Below are positions 30,369-44,239 of a DNA stretch of 64,000 bases, one piece after another (within the stretch, counting starts at the first letter, position 1; every line of letters begins with the position of its first letter). Both the position numbers and the translations under genes were made by a program. Source of the DNA: Escherichia coli (GTDB lineage: Bacteria; Pseudomonadota; Gammaproteobacteria; Enterobacterales; Enterobacteriaceae); assembly GCF_030013205.1 (NCBI RefSeq), contig NZ_CP122648.1, one strand, 5' to 3'. Below the pieces are notes generated by a model. The model was not told where the DNA came from and did not search any database. It saw only the letters and a list, made by a program, of their open reading frames with translations.

Positions 30369-31018
30369 TGTTGGATCTGTTTGCCGATGCTGAACCGTGG
30401 CAAGAGCCACTGGCGGCTGGTGCGGTAATTTTACGGCGTTTTGCTTTTAACGCTGCGGAGCAACTGATCCGCGATATTAATGACGTTGCCAGCCAGTCGC
30501 CGTTTCGCCAGATGGTCACTCCAGGCGGATATACCATGTCGGTGGCGATGACCAACTGTGGGCATCTGGGCTGGACGACCCATCGGCAAGGTTATCTCTA
30601 TTCGCCCATTGATCCGCAAACAAATAAACCGTGGCCCGCCATGCCGCAGAGTTTTCATAATTTATGTCAACGTGCGGCTACGGCGGCGGGCTATCCAGAT
30701 TTCCAGCCAGATGCTTGTCTTATCAACCGCTACGCTCCTGGCGCGAAACTGTCGCTGCATCAGGATAAAGACGAACCGGATCTGCGCGCGCCGATTGTTT
30801 CTGTTTCTCTGGGCTTACCCGCGATTTTTCAATTTGGCGGCCTGAAACGAAATGATCCGCTAAAACGTTTGTTGTTGGAACATGGCGATGTGGTGGTATG
30901 GGGCGGTGAATCGCGGCTGTTTTATCATGGCATTCAACCGTTGAAAGCGGGGTTTCATCCACTCACCACCGACTGCCGCTACAACCTGACATTCCGTCAG
31001 GCAGGTAAAAAAGAATAA
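30368..31018 (+). CDS. alkB: alpha-ketoglutarate-dependent dioxygenase AlkB
   Basis: 216-aa ORF MLDLFADAEPWQEPLAAGAVILRRFA; start overlaps the ada stop (ada-alkB operon). Confidence 0.95.
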   Translation: MLDLFADAEPWQEPLAAGAVILRRFAFNAAEQLIRDINDVASQSPFRQMVTPGGYTMSVAMTNCGHLGWTTHRQGYLYSPIDPQTNKPWPAMPQSFHNLCQRAATAAGYPDFQPDACLINRYAPGAKLSLHQDKDEPDLRAPIVSVSLGLPAIFQFGGLKRNDPLKRLLLEHGDVVVWGGESRLFYHGIQPLKAGFHPLTTDCRYNLTFRQAGKKE

Positions 31019-31093
31019 AAATAAGAATTATTATTGCTGTGCGCACGAAGATGTTTAAACTGCGGGCTGTAATTCATTGTCCGGGTTTTCTGC

Positions 31094-32737
31094 ATGGAAC
31101 TTCTTGTACTTGTCTGGCGGCAGTATCGCTGGCCATTTATCAGTGTGATGGCGCTAAGCCTCGCCAGTGCGGCATTAGGCATTGGCTTAATTGCTTTTAT
31201 CAATCAGCGCCTTATCGAAACGGCGGATACCAGTCTGCTGGTATTGCCGGAGTTTCTGGGGTTATTGCTGCTGTTGATGGCCGTCACTCTCGGATCGCAA
31301 CTGGCGCTCACCACTTTGGGGCATCACTTCGTTTACCGACTGCGTAGTGAATTTATCAAGCGGATTCTCGATACTCACGTCGAGCGCATTGAACAACTCG
31401 GTAGCGCCTCGTTGCTGGCGGGATTAACCAGCGATGTGCGCAATATCACCATTGCTTTTGTGCGTCTGCCGGAACTGGTGCAGGGGATCATTCTCACTAT
31501 CGGTTCAGCGGCGTATTTGTGGATGCTGTCGGGCAAAATGTTGCTGGTAACGGCTATCTGGATGGCAGTCACCATCTGGGGTGGTTTTATACTGGTGGCG
31601 CGGGTGTACAAACATATGGCGACCCTGCGTGAAACCGAAGATAAGCTGTACACGGATTTTCAAACCGTACTCGAAGGGCGCAAAGAGCTGACTCTGAACC
31701 GTGAACGCGCCGAGTATGTGTTTAACAACCTCTACATTCCTGATGCGCAAGAGTATCGCCATCATATTATCCGCGCAGACACCTTCCATCTTAGTGCCGT
31801 GAACTGGTCAAACATCATGATGCTGGGCGCTATCGGCCTGGTGTTCTGGATGGCGAACAGTCTCGGTTGGGCTGATACCAACGTTGCTGCGACCTATTCG
31901 TTGACGCTGTTATTCCTGCGTACGCCGCTGCTTTCGGCGGTTGGCGCATTGCCGACGCTGCTGACGGCGCACGTGGCGTTTAACAAGCTGAAAAAATTCG
32001 CGCTCGCGCCTTTCAAAGCAGAGTTTCCGCGCCCGCAGGCGTTTCCCAACTGGCAAACGCTGGAGCTGCGTAACGTGACGTTTGCTTATCAGGATAACGC
32101 GTTTTCCGTTGGGCCGATTAACCTCACCATCAAACGTGGTGAACTGCTGTTTCTGATTGGTGGCAACGGTAGTGGAAAATCGACGCTGGCGATGTTGCTG
32201 ACGGGCTTGTATCAGCCACAAAGCGGCGAAATCTTGCTGGATGGCAACCCTGTCAGCGGCGAACAACCGGAAGATTATCGCAAACTGTTTTCGGCAGTGT
32301 TTACCGATGTCTGGCTGTTCGATCAACTGCTGGGGCCGGAGGGTCAACCCGCTAACCCGCAACTGATTGAGAAGTGGCTGGCGCAACTGAAAATGGCTCA
32401 TAAGCTTGAGTTAAGCAACGGGCGTATTGTTAACCTGAAGTTATCGAAAGGGCAGAAAAAACGCGTCGCGCTGTTGCTGGCGCTGGCAGAAGAACGCGAT
32501 ATTATCCTGCTGGATGAATGGGCGGCGGATCAGGACCCACACTTCCGTCGTGAGTTTTATCAGGTGTTGCTGCCGCTGATGCAGGAGATGGGTAAAACTA
32601 TTTTCGCCATCAGTCATGATGATCATTACTTTATCCACGCCGACCGCCTGCTGGAAATGCGCAACGGGCAACTTAGCGAGCTGACGGGCGAAGAGCGCGA
32701 TGCCGCTTCGCGTGATGCCGTTGCCCGGACGGCATAA
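31094..32737 (+). CDS. yojI: ABC transporter permease/ATP-binding protein YojI
   Basis: 547-aa ORF with N-terminal TM domain, Walker [10 protein letters not shown] and Walker [13 protein letters not shown]. Confidence 0.9.
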   Translation: MELLVLVWRQYRWPFISVMALSLASAALGIGLIAFINQRLIETADTSLLVLPEFLGLLLLLMAVTLGSQLALTTLGHHFVYRLRSEFIKRILDTHVERIEQLGSASLLAGLTSDVRNITIAFVRLPELVQGIILTIGSAAYLWMLSGKMLLVTAIWMAVTIWGGFILVARVYKHMATLRETEDKLYTDFQTVLEGRKELTLNRERAEYVFNNLYIPDAQEYRHHIIRADTFHLSAVNWSNIMMLGAIGLVFWMANSLGWADTNVAATYSLTLLFLRTPLLSAVGALPTLLTAHVAFNKLKKFALAPFKAEFPRPQAFPNWQTLELRNVTFAYQDNAFSVGPINLTIKRGELLFLIGGNGSGKSTLAMLLTGLYQPQSGEILLDGNPVSGEQPEDYRKLFSAVFTDVWLFDQLLGPEGQPANPQLIEKWLAQLKMAHKLELSNGRIVNLKLSKGQKKRVALLLALAEERDIILLDEWAADQDPHFRREFYQVLLPLMQEMGKTIFAISHDDHYFIHADRLLEMRNGQLSELTGEERDAASRDAVARTA

Positions 32738-32942
32738 TATTACGACGCTGACCTGGCGGACTGCTGCCGCCAGGTCAATATGCTAAAAATCCCTTCATTT
32801 CTAATAACCCTATAATTAATCAATGAAATTATAATGTTTCTAAAATTAGAATATAATTTATAAACATCATTTAAATGTTGTTACTTAAGTGTTACCGTTG
32901 ATGCCGCGCAAATCTCACCTGCAATAAAGCGACTAAAAGTAA

Positions 32943-34601
<1,659 letters not shown>

Positions 34602-34603
34602 TG

Positions 34604-34745
34604 ATGTGCCACATCCGGCATGGTATGCCGGATGTGGCGTATGCAGATAAGACGCGCCAGCGTCTTATCAGGCAACCGGCTTGGGCGTTAGATCGGATGC
34701 GGCGTAACCGCCTTATCTGACCTACGGGGTGGAGCACTTCACGGC
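34604..34745. repeat. REP element cluster between convergent mqo and eco
   Basis: GCCGGATGTGGCGTATGCAGATAAGACGCGCCAGCGTCTTATCAGGC ... GATGCGGCGTAACCGCCTTATCTGACCTAC, tandem REP-type palindromes. Confidence 0.6.
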
Positions 34746-34748
34746 AGT

Positions 34749-35237
34749 TTAGCGAACTACCGCGTTGTCAATTTTCTCTTCCGCCTTCCAGATGCGGTAT
34801 TTCACATCCACATTGTCTGGCGTATACACCACGATCGGCAGCTTGCTGTTGTAACGCAGCATTCCGGCATCACCCAAATACGCTGTGACAAATTTCTTCT
34901 CTTTCTTGCCATCCGGGCAGGCCATCATCGTCGAAACCGGGGAACTGACTTTATCAAAGACATAATAATCATAGCCCCAGCCTTCCAGCGTTTTGCTTTC
35001 CAGCTTCCCGCCGAGACGATGCAAATTGCAATCGACTTCCAGCGTCTGACCGATTAACAGTTCTACTTTCAGGGTAGATTCATCTTCTTGCGGGGTTAAC
35101 TGAATCACCTGACGCTTCATGCCTTTTTCAGCTTGCGGATAAGGCGCGATTTTTTCCAGTGGCTGGACGCTCTCTGCCGCCCAGGCGGAGGTGGTGGCGA
35201 AAGCGGCAAACAATACTGCAGGTAGAATGGTCTTCAT
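34749..35237 (-). CDS. eco: ecotin (periplasmic serine protease inhibitor)
   Basis: 162-aa [50 protein letters not shown] with signal peptide. Confidence 0.93.
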   Translation of the reverse strand: MKTILPAVLFAAFATTSAWAAESVQPLEKIAPYPQAEKGMKRQVIQLTPQEDESTLKVELLIGQTLEVDCNLHRLGGKLESKTLEGWGYDYYVFDKVSSPVSTMMACPDGKKEKKFVTAYLGDAGMLRYNSKLPIVVYTPDNVDVKYRIWKAEEKIDNAVVR

Positions 35238-35513
35238 TTTTGCTTTCCTTCTTCATTTATAGGTTTTCACCGATGATGTCGCTGAAGGTTAACATATTCA
35301 TCAGATTTATTAATTTGCTTTATGAATAACTTAAAGAACATTCAGATAATTTTACCTGCTCTTTTAGTGTTAAATTCTGATGAGAGAGCAAACCAACAGA
35401 AATATTTCTGGTGAATTAATCGCTATATAAATATGTTTATAACCATTTGAAATGTGAGCAAAAGCCCGTTTTTGCCACGCTTCCCGCCACTCTTTTGATC
35501 CTGCTACAGGTTT

Positions 35514-35529
35514 TACCCCGATCGGGGTA
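35514..35529 (+). promoter_or_regulatory. NarP/NarL 7-2-7 heptamer pair in the napF promoter
   Basis: TACCCCGATCGGGGTA, a perfect inverted heptamer pair about 115 bp upstream of napF; a possible Fnr half-site TTGAT lies just upstream (35495-35508, weak); putative -10 TATAAA near 35565. Confidence 0.55.
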
Positions 35530-35642
35530 TGCATCTTTGACACATCCTTTAATATCTTAGCGGCTATAAAAATGGCTTATTAATTATGCGGTTTATTTGG
35601 TCGCTCTCAATTTTCAGAGCGCGTTAATGATGGAAGGTCAAT

Positions 35643-36137
35643 GTGAAGATTGATGCATCCCGTCGGGGCATACTCACTGGTCGCTGGCGCAAAGCCAGTA
35701 ACGGTATCCGTCCGCCCTGGTCCGGTGATGAATCTCATTTTCTGACCCATTGCACCCGCTGCGACGCCTGTATTAATGCTTGTGAAAACAACATTCTGCA
35801 ACGCGGCGCGGGCGGCTATCCGAGCGTTAACTTCAAAAATAACGAGTGCAGCTTCTGTTACGCCTGCGCGCAGGCTTGCCCCGAATCGCTATTTTCTCCG
35901 CGCCACACCAGGGCCTGGGATTTGCAGTTCACCATTGGGGACGCGTGCCTGGCGTATCAGTCAGTTGAATGCCGCCGCTGTCAGGATAGCTGTGAGCCAA
36001 TGGCAATTATCTTTCGCCCGACGCTCTCCGGGATCTACCAGCCGCAACTTAATAGCCAACTTTGCAACGGATGTGGAGCATGTGCAGCCAGCTGTCCGGT
36101 ATCAGCCATAACTGCGGAGTATCTCCATGCACACTAA
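35643..36137 (+). CDS. napF: ferredoxin-type protein NapF
   Basis: 164-aa ORF with multiple CxxCxxCxxxCP 4Fe-4S motifs. Confidence 0.93.
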   Translation: MKIDASRRGILTGRWRKASNGIRPPWSGDESHFLTHCTRCDACINACENNILQRGAGGYPSVNFKNNECSFCYACAQACPESLFSPRHTRAWDLQFTIGDACLAYQSVECRRCQDSCEPMAIIFRPTLSGIYQPQLNSQLCNGCGACAASCPVSAITAEYLHAH

Positions 36138-36390
36138 CTGGCAAGTTTGCAGCCTGGTCGTGCAGGCCAAAAGCGAACGAATTTCAGACATCAGCACCCA
36201 ACTGAACGCCTTTCCCGGCTGTGAAGTTGCTGTCAGCGACGCGCCGAGCGGTCAGTTGATTGTGGTGGTGGAAGCAGAAGACAGCGAAACGCTGATCCAA
36301 ATCATTGAGTCAGTACGCAACGTAGAGGGCGTGCTGGCGGTGTCGCTGGTTTATCACCAGCAGGAAGAGCAAGGTGAGGAAACACCATGA
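36127..36390 (+). CDS. napD: NapA chaperone NapD
   Basis: 87-aa [22 protein letters not shown] overlapping napF end and napA start. Confidence 0.93.
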   Translation: MHTNWQVCSLVVQAKSERISDISTQLNAFPGCEVAVSDAPSGQLIVVVEAEDSETLIQIIESVRNVEGVLAVSLVYHQQEEQGEETP

Positions 36391-38873
36391 AACTCAGTCG
36401 TCGTAGCTTTATGAAAGCTAACGCCGTTGCGGCCGCTGCGGCGGCTGCCGGTCTCAGCGTGCCGGGCGTTGCCCGCGCCGTTGTTGGTCAGCAGGAAGCC
36501 ATTAAATGGGATAAAGCGCCGTGCCGTTTCTGCGGTACTGGTTGCGGCGTTCTGGTCGGAACGCAGCAGGGGCGTGTGGTGGCCTGTCAGGGCGACCCGG
36601 ACGCACCGGTTAACCGTGGTCTGAACTGCATTAAGGGCTATTTCCTGCCCAAAATCATGTACGGTAAAGACCGTTTGACGCAGCCGCTGCTGCGTATGAA
36701 AAACGGTAAATATGACAAAGAAGGCGAATTTACCCCAATCACCTGGGATCAGGCCTTCGATGTGATGGAAGAGAAATTCAAAACCGCCCTGAAAGAAAAA
36801 GGGCCGGAGTCGATCGGTATGTTCGGTTCTGGTCAGTGGACTATCTGGGAAGGTTATGCCGCGTCCAAGCTGTTTAAAGCGGGCTTCCGTTCGAACAACA
36901 TCGACCCGAACGCGCGTCACTGTATGGCGTCGGCAGTAGTTGGCTTTATGCGTACCTTTGGTATGGATGAGCCGATGGGCTGCTATGACGACATCGAGCA
37001 GGCTGACGCGTTTGTGCTGTGGGGCGCTAACATGGCGGAGATGCACCCGATCCTCTGGTCACGCATCACTAACCGTCGTCTCTCTAACCAGAACGTCACC
37101 GTGGCGGTGCTTTCTACCTACCAGCATCGTAGCTTCGAGCTGGCGGATAACGGCATCATCTTTACGCCACAATCTGACCTGGTGATCCTGAACTACATCG
37201 CCAACTATATCATTCAAAACAATGCGATAAATCAGGACTTCTTCAGCAAGCACGTTAACCTGCGCAAAGGGGCGACGGACATCGGCTACGGTTTACGTCC
37301 GACCCATCCGCTGGAAAAAGCAGCGAAGAATCCGGGTTCTGACGCCTCCGAACCGATGAGCTTTGAAGATTACAAAGCCTTCGTTGCCGAGTATACGCTG
37401 GAAAAAACCGCCGAAATGACTGGCGTACCAAAAGATCAGCTGGAACAACTGGCGCAGCTGTATGCCGATCCGAACAAGAAAGTCATCTCCTACTGGACGA
37501 TGGGCTTCAACCAGCATACTCGTGGCGTGTGGGCCAACAACCTGGTCTACAACCTGCACCTGCTGACCGGCAAAATTTCCCAGCCGGGTTGCGGTCCGTT
37601 CTCCCTGACCGGGCAGCCTTCCGCGTGTGGTACTGCGCGTGAAGTGGGCACCTTTGCTCACCGTCTGCCTGCGGACATGGTGGTGACTAACGAGAAACAC
37701 CGTGATATCTGCGAGAAGAAGTGGAATATCCCGAGCGGCACCATTCCGGCGAAAATCGGTCTGCACGCGGTGGCACAAGACCGTGCGCTGAAAGACGGCA
37801 AGCTGAATGTTTACTGGACCATGTGTACCAACAACATGCAGGCCGGGCCGAACATCAATGAAGAGCGTATGCCGGGCTGGCGCGATCCGCGCAACTTCAT
37901 CATCGTCTCCGATCCGTATCCGACAGTCAGTGCGCTGGCAGCGGACTTGATTCTGCCGACCGCAATGTGGGTAGAGAAAGAGGGGGCTTACGGTAACGCC
38001 GAACGCCGTACTCAATTCTGGCGTCAGCAGGTACAGGCACCGGGCGAAGCGAAATCGGATCTCTGGCAGTTAGTCCAGTTCTCCCGCCGCTTCAAAACTG
38101 AAGAAGTATGGCCGGAAGAGCTGCTGGCGAAGAAACCGGAACTGCGTGGCAAAACGCTGTACGAAGTTCTGTATGCCACCCCGGAAGTGAGCAAATTCCC
38201 GGTATCAGAACTGGCGGAAGATCAGCTGAACGATGAATCCCGCGAGCTGGGCTTCTATCTGCAAAAAGGGCTGTTCGAAGAGTACGCATGGTTTGGTCGT
38301 GGTCACGGTCACGATCTGGCACCGTTCGATGATTACCACAAAGCACGCGGTCTGCGCTGGCCGGTAGTGAACGGTAAAGAAACGCAGTGGCGTTACAGCG
38401 AAGGTAACGACCCATACGTGAAAGCGGGCGAAGGCTACAAGTTCTACGGTAAACCGGATGGCAAAGCGGTGATCTTCGCGCTGCCGTTCGAACCGGCGGC
38501 GGAGGCACCGGATGAAGAGTACGACCTGTGGCTCTCTACCGGACGCGTCCTGGAGCACTGGCATACCGGCAGTATGACTCGCCGTGTACCGGAACTGCAC
38601 CGTGCCTTCCCGGAAGCGGTCCTGTTTATTCACCCGTTGGATGCGAAAGCGCGCGATCTGCGCCGTGGCGACAAAGTGAAAGTGGTTTCTCGCCGTGGCG
38701 AAGTGATCTCGATTGTCGAAACGCGCGGTCGTAACCGTCCGCCGCAGGGCCTGGTGTACATGCCGTTCTTCGACGCCGCACAGCTGGTTAACAAACTGAC
38801 GCTGGATGCGACCGATCCGCTCTCGAAAGAGACGGACTTCAAGAAGTGCGCGGTCAAACTGGAGAAGGTGTAA
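36387..38873 (+). CDS. napA: periplasmic nitrate reductase catalytic subunit NapA
   Basis: 828-aa ORF with twin-arginine signal ([28 protein letters not shown]) and CxxCxxxC 4Fe-4S motif ([10 protein letters not shown]). Confidence 0.97.
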   Translation: MKLSRRSFMKANAVAAAAAAAGLSVPGVARAVVGQQEAIKWDKAPCRFCGTGCGVLVGTQQGRVVACQGDPDAPVNRGLNCIKGYFLPKIMYGKDRLTQPLLRMKNGKYDKEGEFTPITWDQAFDVMEEKFKTALKEKGPESIGMFGSGQWTIWEGYAASKLFKAGFRSNNIDPNARHCMASAVVGFMRTFGMDEPMGCYDDIEQADAFVLWGANMAEMHPILWSRITNRRLSNQNVTVAVLSTYQHRSFELADNGIIFTPQSDLVILNYIANYIIQNNAINQDFFSKHVNLRKGATDIGYGLRPTHPLEKAAKNPGSDASEPMSFEDYKAFVAEYTLEKTAEMTGVPKDQLEQLAQLYADPNKKVISYWTMGFNQHTRGVWANNLVYNLHLLTGKISQPGCGPFSLTGQPSACGTAREVGTFAHRLPADMVVTNEKHRDICEKKWNIPSGTIPAKIGLHAVAQDRALKDGKLNVYWTMCTNNMQAGPNINEERMPGWRDPRNFIIVSDPYPTVSALAADLILPTAMWVEKEGAYGNAERRTQFWRQQVQAPGEAKSDLWQLVQFSRRFKTEEVWPEELLAKKPELRGKTLYEVLYATPEVSKFPVSELAEDQLNDESRELGFYLQKGLFEEYAWFGRGHGHDLAPFDDYHKARGLRWPVVNGKETQWRYSEGNDPYVKAGEGYKFYGKPDGKAVIFALPFEPAAEAPDEEYDLWLSTGRVLEHWHTGSMTRRVPELHRAFPEAVLFIHPLDAKARDLRRGDKVKVVSRRGEVISIVETRGRNRPPQGLVYMPFFDAAQLVNKLTLDATDPLSKETDFKKCAVKLEKV

Positions 38874-38879
38874 GCCATT

Positions 38880-39575
38880 ATGTCCCGGTCAGCGAAACCT
38901 CAAAATGGTCGCCGCCGCTTTCTGCGCGATGTCGTTCGCACAGCTGGCGGGCTGGCTGCCGTGGGTGTGGCGCTGGGGTTACAACAGCAAACCGCACGCG
39001 CATCTGGCGTGCGGTTGCGCCCGCCCGGAGCCATAAACGAGAACGCCTTTGCCAGTGCCTGTGTGCGTTGCGGTCAGTGTGTTCAGGCTTGCCCTTACGA
39101 CACCTTAAAACTGGCGACGCTGGCCTCTGGTCTGTCGGCGGGCACGCCATATTTTGTCGCACGGGATATTCCTTGCGAAATGTGTGAGGACATTCCGTGC
39201 GCCAAAGTGTGCCCAAGCGGTGCGCTGGATCGTGAGATTGAATCGATCGACGACGCGCGGATGGGGCTGGCGGTGCTGGTGGACCAGGAAAACTGTCTCA
39301 ACTTTCAGGGGCTGCGCTGTGATGTTTGTTATCGCGAATGCCCGAAAATTGATGAGGCCATCACCCTGGAGCTGGAGCGCAACACGCGTACCGGTAAGCA
39401 CGCCCGCTTTCTGCCGACGGTTCACAGCGACGCCTGTACCGGTTGCGGTAAGTGCGAAAAAGTGTGCGTGCTGGAACAACCGGCAATCAAGGTGTTACCG
39501 CTGTCACTGGCGAAAGGGGAGTTAGGTCACCATTACCGCTTCGGCTGGCTGGAGGGGAACAATGGCAAATCGTAA
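38880..39575 (+). CDS. napG: ferredoxin-type protein NapG
   Basis: 231-aa ORF with Tat-like N-terminus ([23 protein letters not shown]) and several 4Fe-4S cysteine clusters. Confidence 0.93.
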
Positions 39576-40425
39576 ACGTGACGCCGGGCGCGAGGCGCTG
39601 GAGAAAAAAGGCTGGTGGTGCAGTCACCGTTGGCTGGTATTGCGTCGCCTTTGTCAGTTCTTCGTGCTGGGGATGTTTTTGAGCGGCCCGTGGTTTGGTG
39701 TGTGGATCTTGCACGGCAACTACAGCAGTAGCCTGTTATTCGACACCGTTCCACTGACCGATCCGCTGATGACGCTGCAAAGTCTTGCCAGCGGTCATCT
39801 GCCTGCCACGGTGGCGTTGACCGGTGCGGTGATTATCACCGTGCTCTACGCCCTGGCAGGAAAGCGATTATTTTGCAGCTGGGTCTGCCCGCTGAACCCG
39901 ATTACCGACTTAGCGAACTGGTTACGCAGGCGCTTTGACCTCAATCAGTCTGCGACGATCCCTCGCCACATTCGCTACGTGCTGTTGGTGGTCATTCTGC
40001 TGGGATCGGCCTTAACCGGCACACTCATCTGGGAATGGATCAACCCCGTTTCCCTGATGGGGCGCAGTCTGGTAATGGGATTCGGCAGCGGCGCGCTGCT
40101 TATTCTCGCGCTGTTTTTATTTGATTTACTGGTCGTTGAACACGGCTGGTGCGGGCACATTTGTCCGGTTGGCGCGCTGTATGGCGTGCTGGGTAGCAAA
40201 GGTGTCATTACCGTTGCGGCCACCGATCGGCAGAAATGTAACCGCTGTATGGATTGTTTTCATGTTTGCCCGGAACCGCATGTGCTACGTGCCCCGGTGC
40301 TGGATGAACAAAGCCCGGTGCAGGTCACCAGCCGCGATTGCATGACGTGCGGTCGCTGCGTGGATGTCTGTTCTGAGGATGTATTTACAATAACTACACG
40401 ATGGAGTTCGGGAGCGAAATCATGA
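39562..40425 (+). CDS. napH: membrane ferredoxin-type protein NapH
   Basis: 287-aa ORF with TM segments and C-terminal CxxCxxC clusters. Confidence 0.93.
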
Positions 40426-40871
40426 AAAGCCATGACCTGAAGAAAGCGCTGTGTCAATGGACGGCGATGCTGGCCCTGGTGGTGAGCGGCGCGGTTTGGG
40501 CGGCTAATGGCGTCGATTTTAGCCAGTCGCCGGAAGTATCCGGGACGCAGGAAGGGGCCATTCGGATGCCAAAAGAGCAGGATCGGATGCCGCTGAACTA
40601 TGTGAATCAGCCGCCAATGATCCCGCATAGCGTTGAAGGTTATCAGGTAACGACCAATACCAACCGCTGCTTGCAGTGCCACGGTGTCGAAAGCTATCGC
40701 ACCACTGGCGCGCCGCGCATCAGTCCTACTCACTTTATGGACAGCGACGGCAAAGTGGGCGCGGAAGTGGCTCCACGTCGTTACTTCTGTCTGCAATGTC
40801 ACGTGCCGCAGGCTGATACCGCGCCAATCGTGGGGAATACCTTTACCCCGTCAAAAGGTTACGGGAAATAA
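40422..40871 (+). CDS. napB: diheme cytochrome c NapB
   Basis: ORF 40401..40871; start placed at the internal Met [27 protein letters not shown] (signal peptide); two CxxCH motifs (CLQCH, CLQCH); 149 aa. Confidence 0.92.
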   Translation: MKSHDLKKALCQWTAMLALVVSGAVWAANGVDFSQSPEVSGTQEGAIRMPKEQDRMPLNYVNQPPMIPHSVEGYQVTTNTNRCLQCHGVESYRTTGAPRISPTHFMDSDGKVGAEVAPRRYFCLQCHVPQADTAPIVGNTFTPSKGYGK

Positions 40872-40880
40872 GAGGTTATT

Positions 40881-41483
40881 ATGGGAAATTCTGACCGTAA
40901 GCCTGGTCTGATTAAGCGCCTGTGGAAATGGTGGCGTACCCCCAGCCGTCTGGCGCTGGGGACGCTGCTGTTGATCGGCTTTGTTGGCGGCATCGTCTTC
41001 TGGGGCGGCTTTAACACCGGGATGGAAAAAGCCAATACCGAAGAGTTCTGCATTAGCTGCCACGAAATGCGTAACACGGTGTATCAGGAATACATGGATT
41101 CCGTGCACTACAACAACCGTAGCGGCGTCCGTGCGACCTGTCCGGATTGTCACGTTCCGCACGAGTTTGTGCCGAAGATGATACGCAAGCTCAAAGCAAG
41201 TAAAGAGCTGTATGGTAAAATTTTTGGCGTTATTGACACGCCGCAGAAATTTGAAGCTCATCGCCTGACGATGGCACAGAATGAGTGGCGGCGCATGAAG
41301 GACAATAACTCGCAGGAGTGCCGTAACTGTCACAACTTCGAGTATATGGATACAACCGCCCAGAAATCGGTTGCCGCGAAGATGCATGACCAGGCGGTGA
41401 AAGATGGGCAAACCTGTATTGATTGCCATAAAGGGATAGCGCACAAGCTGCCCGATATGCGTGAAGTCGAGCCAGGTTTTTAA
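40881..41483 (+). CDS. napC: tetraheme cytochrome c NapC (NapC/NirT family)
   Basis: 200-aa ORF with N-terminal membrane anchor and four CxxCH motifs (CISCH, CPDCH, CRNCH, CIDCH). Confidence 0.93.
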   Translation: MGNSDRKPGLIKRLWKWWRTPSRLALGTLLLIGFVGGIVFWGGFNTGMEKANTEEFCISCHEMRNTVYQEYMDSVHYNNRSGVRATCPDCHVPHEFVPKMIRKLKASKELYGKIFGVIDTPQKFEAHRLTMAQNEWRRMKDNNSQECRNCHNFEYMDTTAQKSVAAKMHDQAVKDGQTCIDCHKGIAHKLPDMREVEPGF

Positions 41484-41495
41484 CAGGGTTATTGC

Positions 41496-42119
41496 GTGGG
41501 TATGCTTGAAGCCAGAGAGTTACTTTGCGAGCGGGATGAACGAACCTTATTTAGTGGCTTGTCATTTACGCTGAACGCAGGAGAGTGGGTACAAATCACC
41601 GGTAGCAACGGCGCGGGGAAGACAACGCTTCTCCGTTTGCTGACGGGGTTGTCTCGCCCTGACGCAGGCGAGGTTCTCTGGCAAGGGCAGCCCTTGCATC
41701 AGGTACGCGACAGCTACCATCAAAACCTGTTATGGATAGGCCATCAGCCGGGGATCAAAACCCGGCTGACGGCGTTAGAAAATCTGCACTTTTATCATCG
41801 CGATGGCGATACCGCACAATGTCTGGAAGCCCTGGCGCAGGCCGGGCTTGCCGGATTCGAAGATATTCCGGTAAATCAACTTTCTGCCGGGCAACAACGC
41901 CGCGTCGCTTTAGCGCGTCTGTGGTTGACCCGTGCCACGTTATGGATCCTCGACGAGCCTTTTACCGCGATTGACGTTAACGGCGTCGATCGTCTGACCC
42001 AGCGTATGGCGCAGCATACGGAGCAGGGGGGGATTGTGATTCTGACTACCCACCAGCCGCTCAACGTTGCTGAAAGTAAAATTCGCCGCATTTCACTGAC
42101 GCAAACGAGGGCCGCATGA
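41496..42119 (+). CDS. ccmA: heme exporter ATP-binding protein CcmA
   Basis: 207-aa ORF with Walker [10 protein letters not shown] and signature LSAGQQRR. Confidence 0.93.
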   Translation: MGMLEARELLCERDERTLFSGLSFTLNAGEWVQITGSNGAGKTTLLRLLTGLSRPDAGEVLWQGQPLHQVRDSYHQNLLWIGHQPGIKTRLTALENLHFYHRDGDTAQCLEALAQAGLAGFEDIPVNQLSAGQQRRVALARLWLTRATLWILDEPFTAIDVNGVDRLTQRMAQHTEQGGIVILTTHQPLNVAESKIRRISLTQTRAA

Positions 42120-42778
42120 TGTTCTGGCGCATTTTCCGTCTTGAGCTGCGCGTAGCGTTTCGCCATAGCGCCGAAATCGCCAACCCGCTGTGGTTCTTCC
42201 TGATTGTCATTACCCTTTTTCCGCTCAGTATCGGTCCGGAGCCGCAACTGCTGGCGCGTATTGCACCGGGCATTATCTGGGTTGCTGCGCTGCTTTCATC
42301 CTTGCTGGCGCTGGAACGATTGTTCCGTGACGATTTGCAGGACGGCAGTCTTGAACAATTGATGTTGTTGCCGTTACCCTTGCCCGCCGTTGTGCTGGCG
42401 AAGGTGATGGCGCACTGGATGGTAACCGGTCTGCCGTTACTCATCCTTTCGCCACTGGTAGCAATGCTACTGGGAATGGATGTTTATGGCTGGCAAGTGA
42501 TGGCGCTGACGCTGCTGCTGGGAACGCCTACGCTTGGCTTTCTCGGTGCACCGGGCGTGGCGCTGACGGTGGGACTTAAGCGCGGTGGTGTGCTGCTCAG
42601 CATACTGGTGTTACCGCTGACTATCCCATTACTCATCTTTGCCACCGTCGCGATGGACGCGGCTTCCATGCATTTGCCCGTTGACGGGTATCTGGCAATT
42701 TTAGGCGCGTTGCTGGCAGGCACCGCGACATTAAGTCCTTTTGCGACGGCGGCAGCGTTACGAATCAGCATTCAATAA
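42116..42778 (+). CDS. ccmB: heme exporter membrane protein CcmB
   Basis: 220-aa hydrophobic ORF overlapping the ccmA stop. Confidence 0.93.
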   Translation: MMFWRIFRLELRVAFRHSAEIANPLWFFLIVITLFPLSIGPEPQLLARIAPGIIWVAALLSSLLALERLFRDDLQDGSLEQLMLLPLPLPAVVLAKVMAHWMVTGLPLLILSPLVAMLLGMDVYGWQVMALTLLLGTPTLGFLGAPGVALTVGLKRGGVLLSILVLPLTIPLLIFATVAMDAASMHLPVDGYLAILGALLAGTATLSPFATAAALRISIQ

Positions 42779-42819
42779 CGCTGGATTACTGATTTTTGTT
42801 CGAGTCTGGTATCGAAACT

Positions 42820-43557
42820 ATGTGGAAAACACTGCATCAACTGGCGATCCCACCACGGCTGTATCAAATCTGTGGCTGGTTTATACCGTGGCTGGCAATT
42901 GCCAGTGTGGTCGTGCTTACCGTTGGCTGGATCTGGGGATTCGGCTTTGCTCCGGCTGATTATCAGCAGGGAAATAGCTACCGCATTATCTACCTGCATG
43001 TGCCTGCGGCGATCTGGTCGATGGGCATTTATGCATCAATGGCGGTGGCGGCGTTTATTGGCCTTGTCTGGCAGATGAAAATGGCCAACCTGGCGGTGGC
43101 GGCGATGGCCCCCATTGGTGCCGTGTTTACCTTTATTGCCCTGGTTACCGGCTCTGCATGGGGAAAACCGATGTGGGGCACCTGGTGGGTATGGGACGCA
43201 CGCCTGACTTCTGAACTGGTGCTGCTGTTTTTGTATGTGGGTGTGATTGCCCTGTGGCACGCCTTCGACGACCGCCGTCTGGCGGGCCGTGCGGCAGGTA
43301 TCCTGGTGCTGATTGGCGTGGTGAATCTGCCGATTATTCATTACTCCGTGGAGTGGTGGAACACCCTGCATCAGGGATCAACGCGGATGCAGCAAAGTAT
43401 CGATCCGGCGATGCGTTCGCCGCTGCGCTGGTCGATTTTTGGCTTCCTGCTGCTGTCTGCCACGCTGACGCTGATGCGGATGCGTAATTTAATTTTGCTG
43501 ATGGAAAAACGCCGTCCGTGGGTGAGTGAACTGATACTGAAAAGAGGCCGTAAATGA
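42820..43557 (+). CDS. ccmC: heme exporter protein CcmC
   Basis: ORF 42796..43557; start placed at the internal Met MWKTLHQLAIPPRLYQICGW; contains the WGxxWxWD tryptophan-rich motif (WGKPMWGTWWVWDARL); 245 aa. Confidence 0.92.
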   Translation: MWKTLHQLAIPPRLYQICGWFIPWLAIASVVVLTVGWIWGFGFAPADYQQGNSYRIIYLHVPAAIWSMGIYASMAVAAFIGLVWQMKMANLAVAAMAPIGAVFTFIALVTGSAWGKPMWGTWWVWDARLTSELVLLFLYVGVIALWHAFDDRRLAGRAAGILVLIGVVNLPIIHYSVEWWNTLHQGSTRMQQSIDPAMRSPLRWSIFGFLLLSATLTLMRMRNLILLMEKRRPWVSELILKRGRK

Positions 43558-43763
43558 CCCCTGCATTTGCTTCCTGGAATGAATTTTTCGCAATGGGCGG
43601 TTACGCCTTTTTTGTCTGGCTGGCGGTGGTGATGACCGTCATTCCGCTGGTGGTTTTGGTCGTGCACTCGGTGATGCAGCATCGCGCAATTCTGCGTGGC
43701 GTGGCGCAACAGCGGGCGCGTGAGGCGCGTTTACGTGCTGCGCAACAGCAGGAGGCTGCATGA
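43554..43763 (+). CDS. ccmD: heme exporter protein CcmD
   Basis: 69-aa single-TM ORF coupled to ccmC and ccmE. Confidence 0.9.
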
Positions 43764-44239
43764 ATATTCGCCGTAAAAACCGCTTGTGGATTGCCTGTGC
43801 CGTGTTGGCGGGGCTGGCGCTGACTATCGGTCTGGTGCTGTATGCGCTGCGCTCGAATATCGATCTCTTTTATACGCCGGGGGAAATTCTCTACGGCAAG
43901 CGTGAAACTCAGCAAATGCCGGAAGTCGGTCAGCGTCTGCGCGTTGGCGGGATGGTGATGCCGGGGAGTGTGCAGCGCGATCCCAATTCGCTAAAAGTAA
44001 CTTTCACCATTTACGACGCTGAAGGTTCAGTAGATGTCTCTTACGAAGGCATTTTGCCGGATCTGTTCCGTGAAGGGCAGGGCGTTGTAGTGCAGGGCGA
44101 GCTGGAAAAAGGCAATCATATCCTCGCGAAAGAAGTGCTGGCGAAACATGATGAAAACTATACGCCGCCAGAAGTTGAGAAAGCGATGGAAGCTAACCAC
44201 CGTCGCCCGGCGAGTGTTTATAAGGACCCAGCATCATGA
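43760..44239 (+). CDS. ccmE: cytochrome c-type biogenesis heme chaperone CcmE
   Basis: 159-aa ORF with N-terminal membrane anchor and heme-binding region [12 protein letters not shown]. Confidence 0.93.

Noticed and set aside
31910-32401. 163-aa Arg/Gln-rich minus-strand ORF inside yojI
   Set aside because: Antisense shadow; extreme Arg/Gln bias, no independent signals.
36354-38015. Minus-strand ORFs (230 and 240 aa) inside napA
   Set aside because: Antisense frames of napA; Arg/His-rich junk translation.
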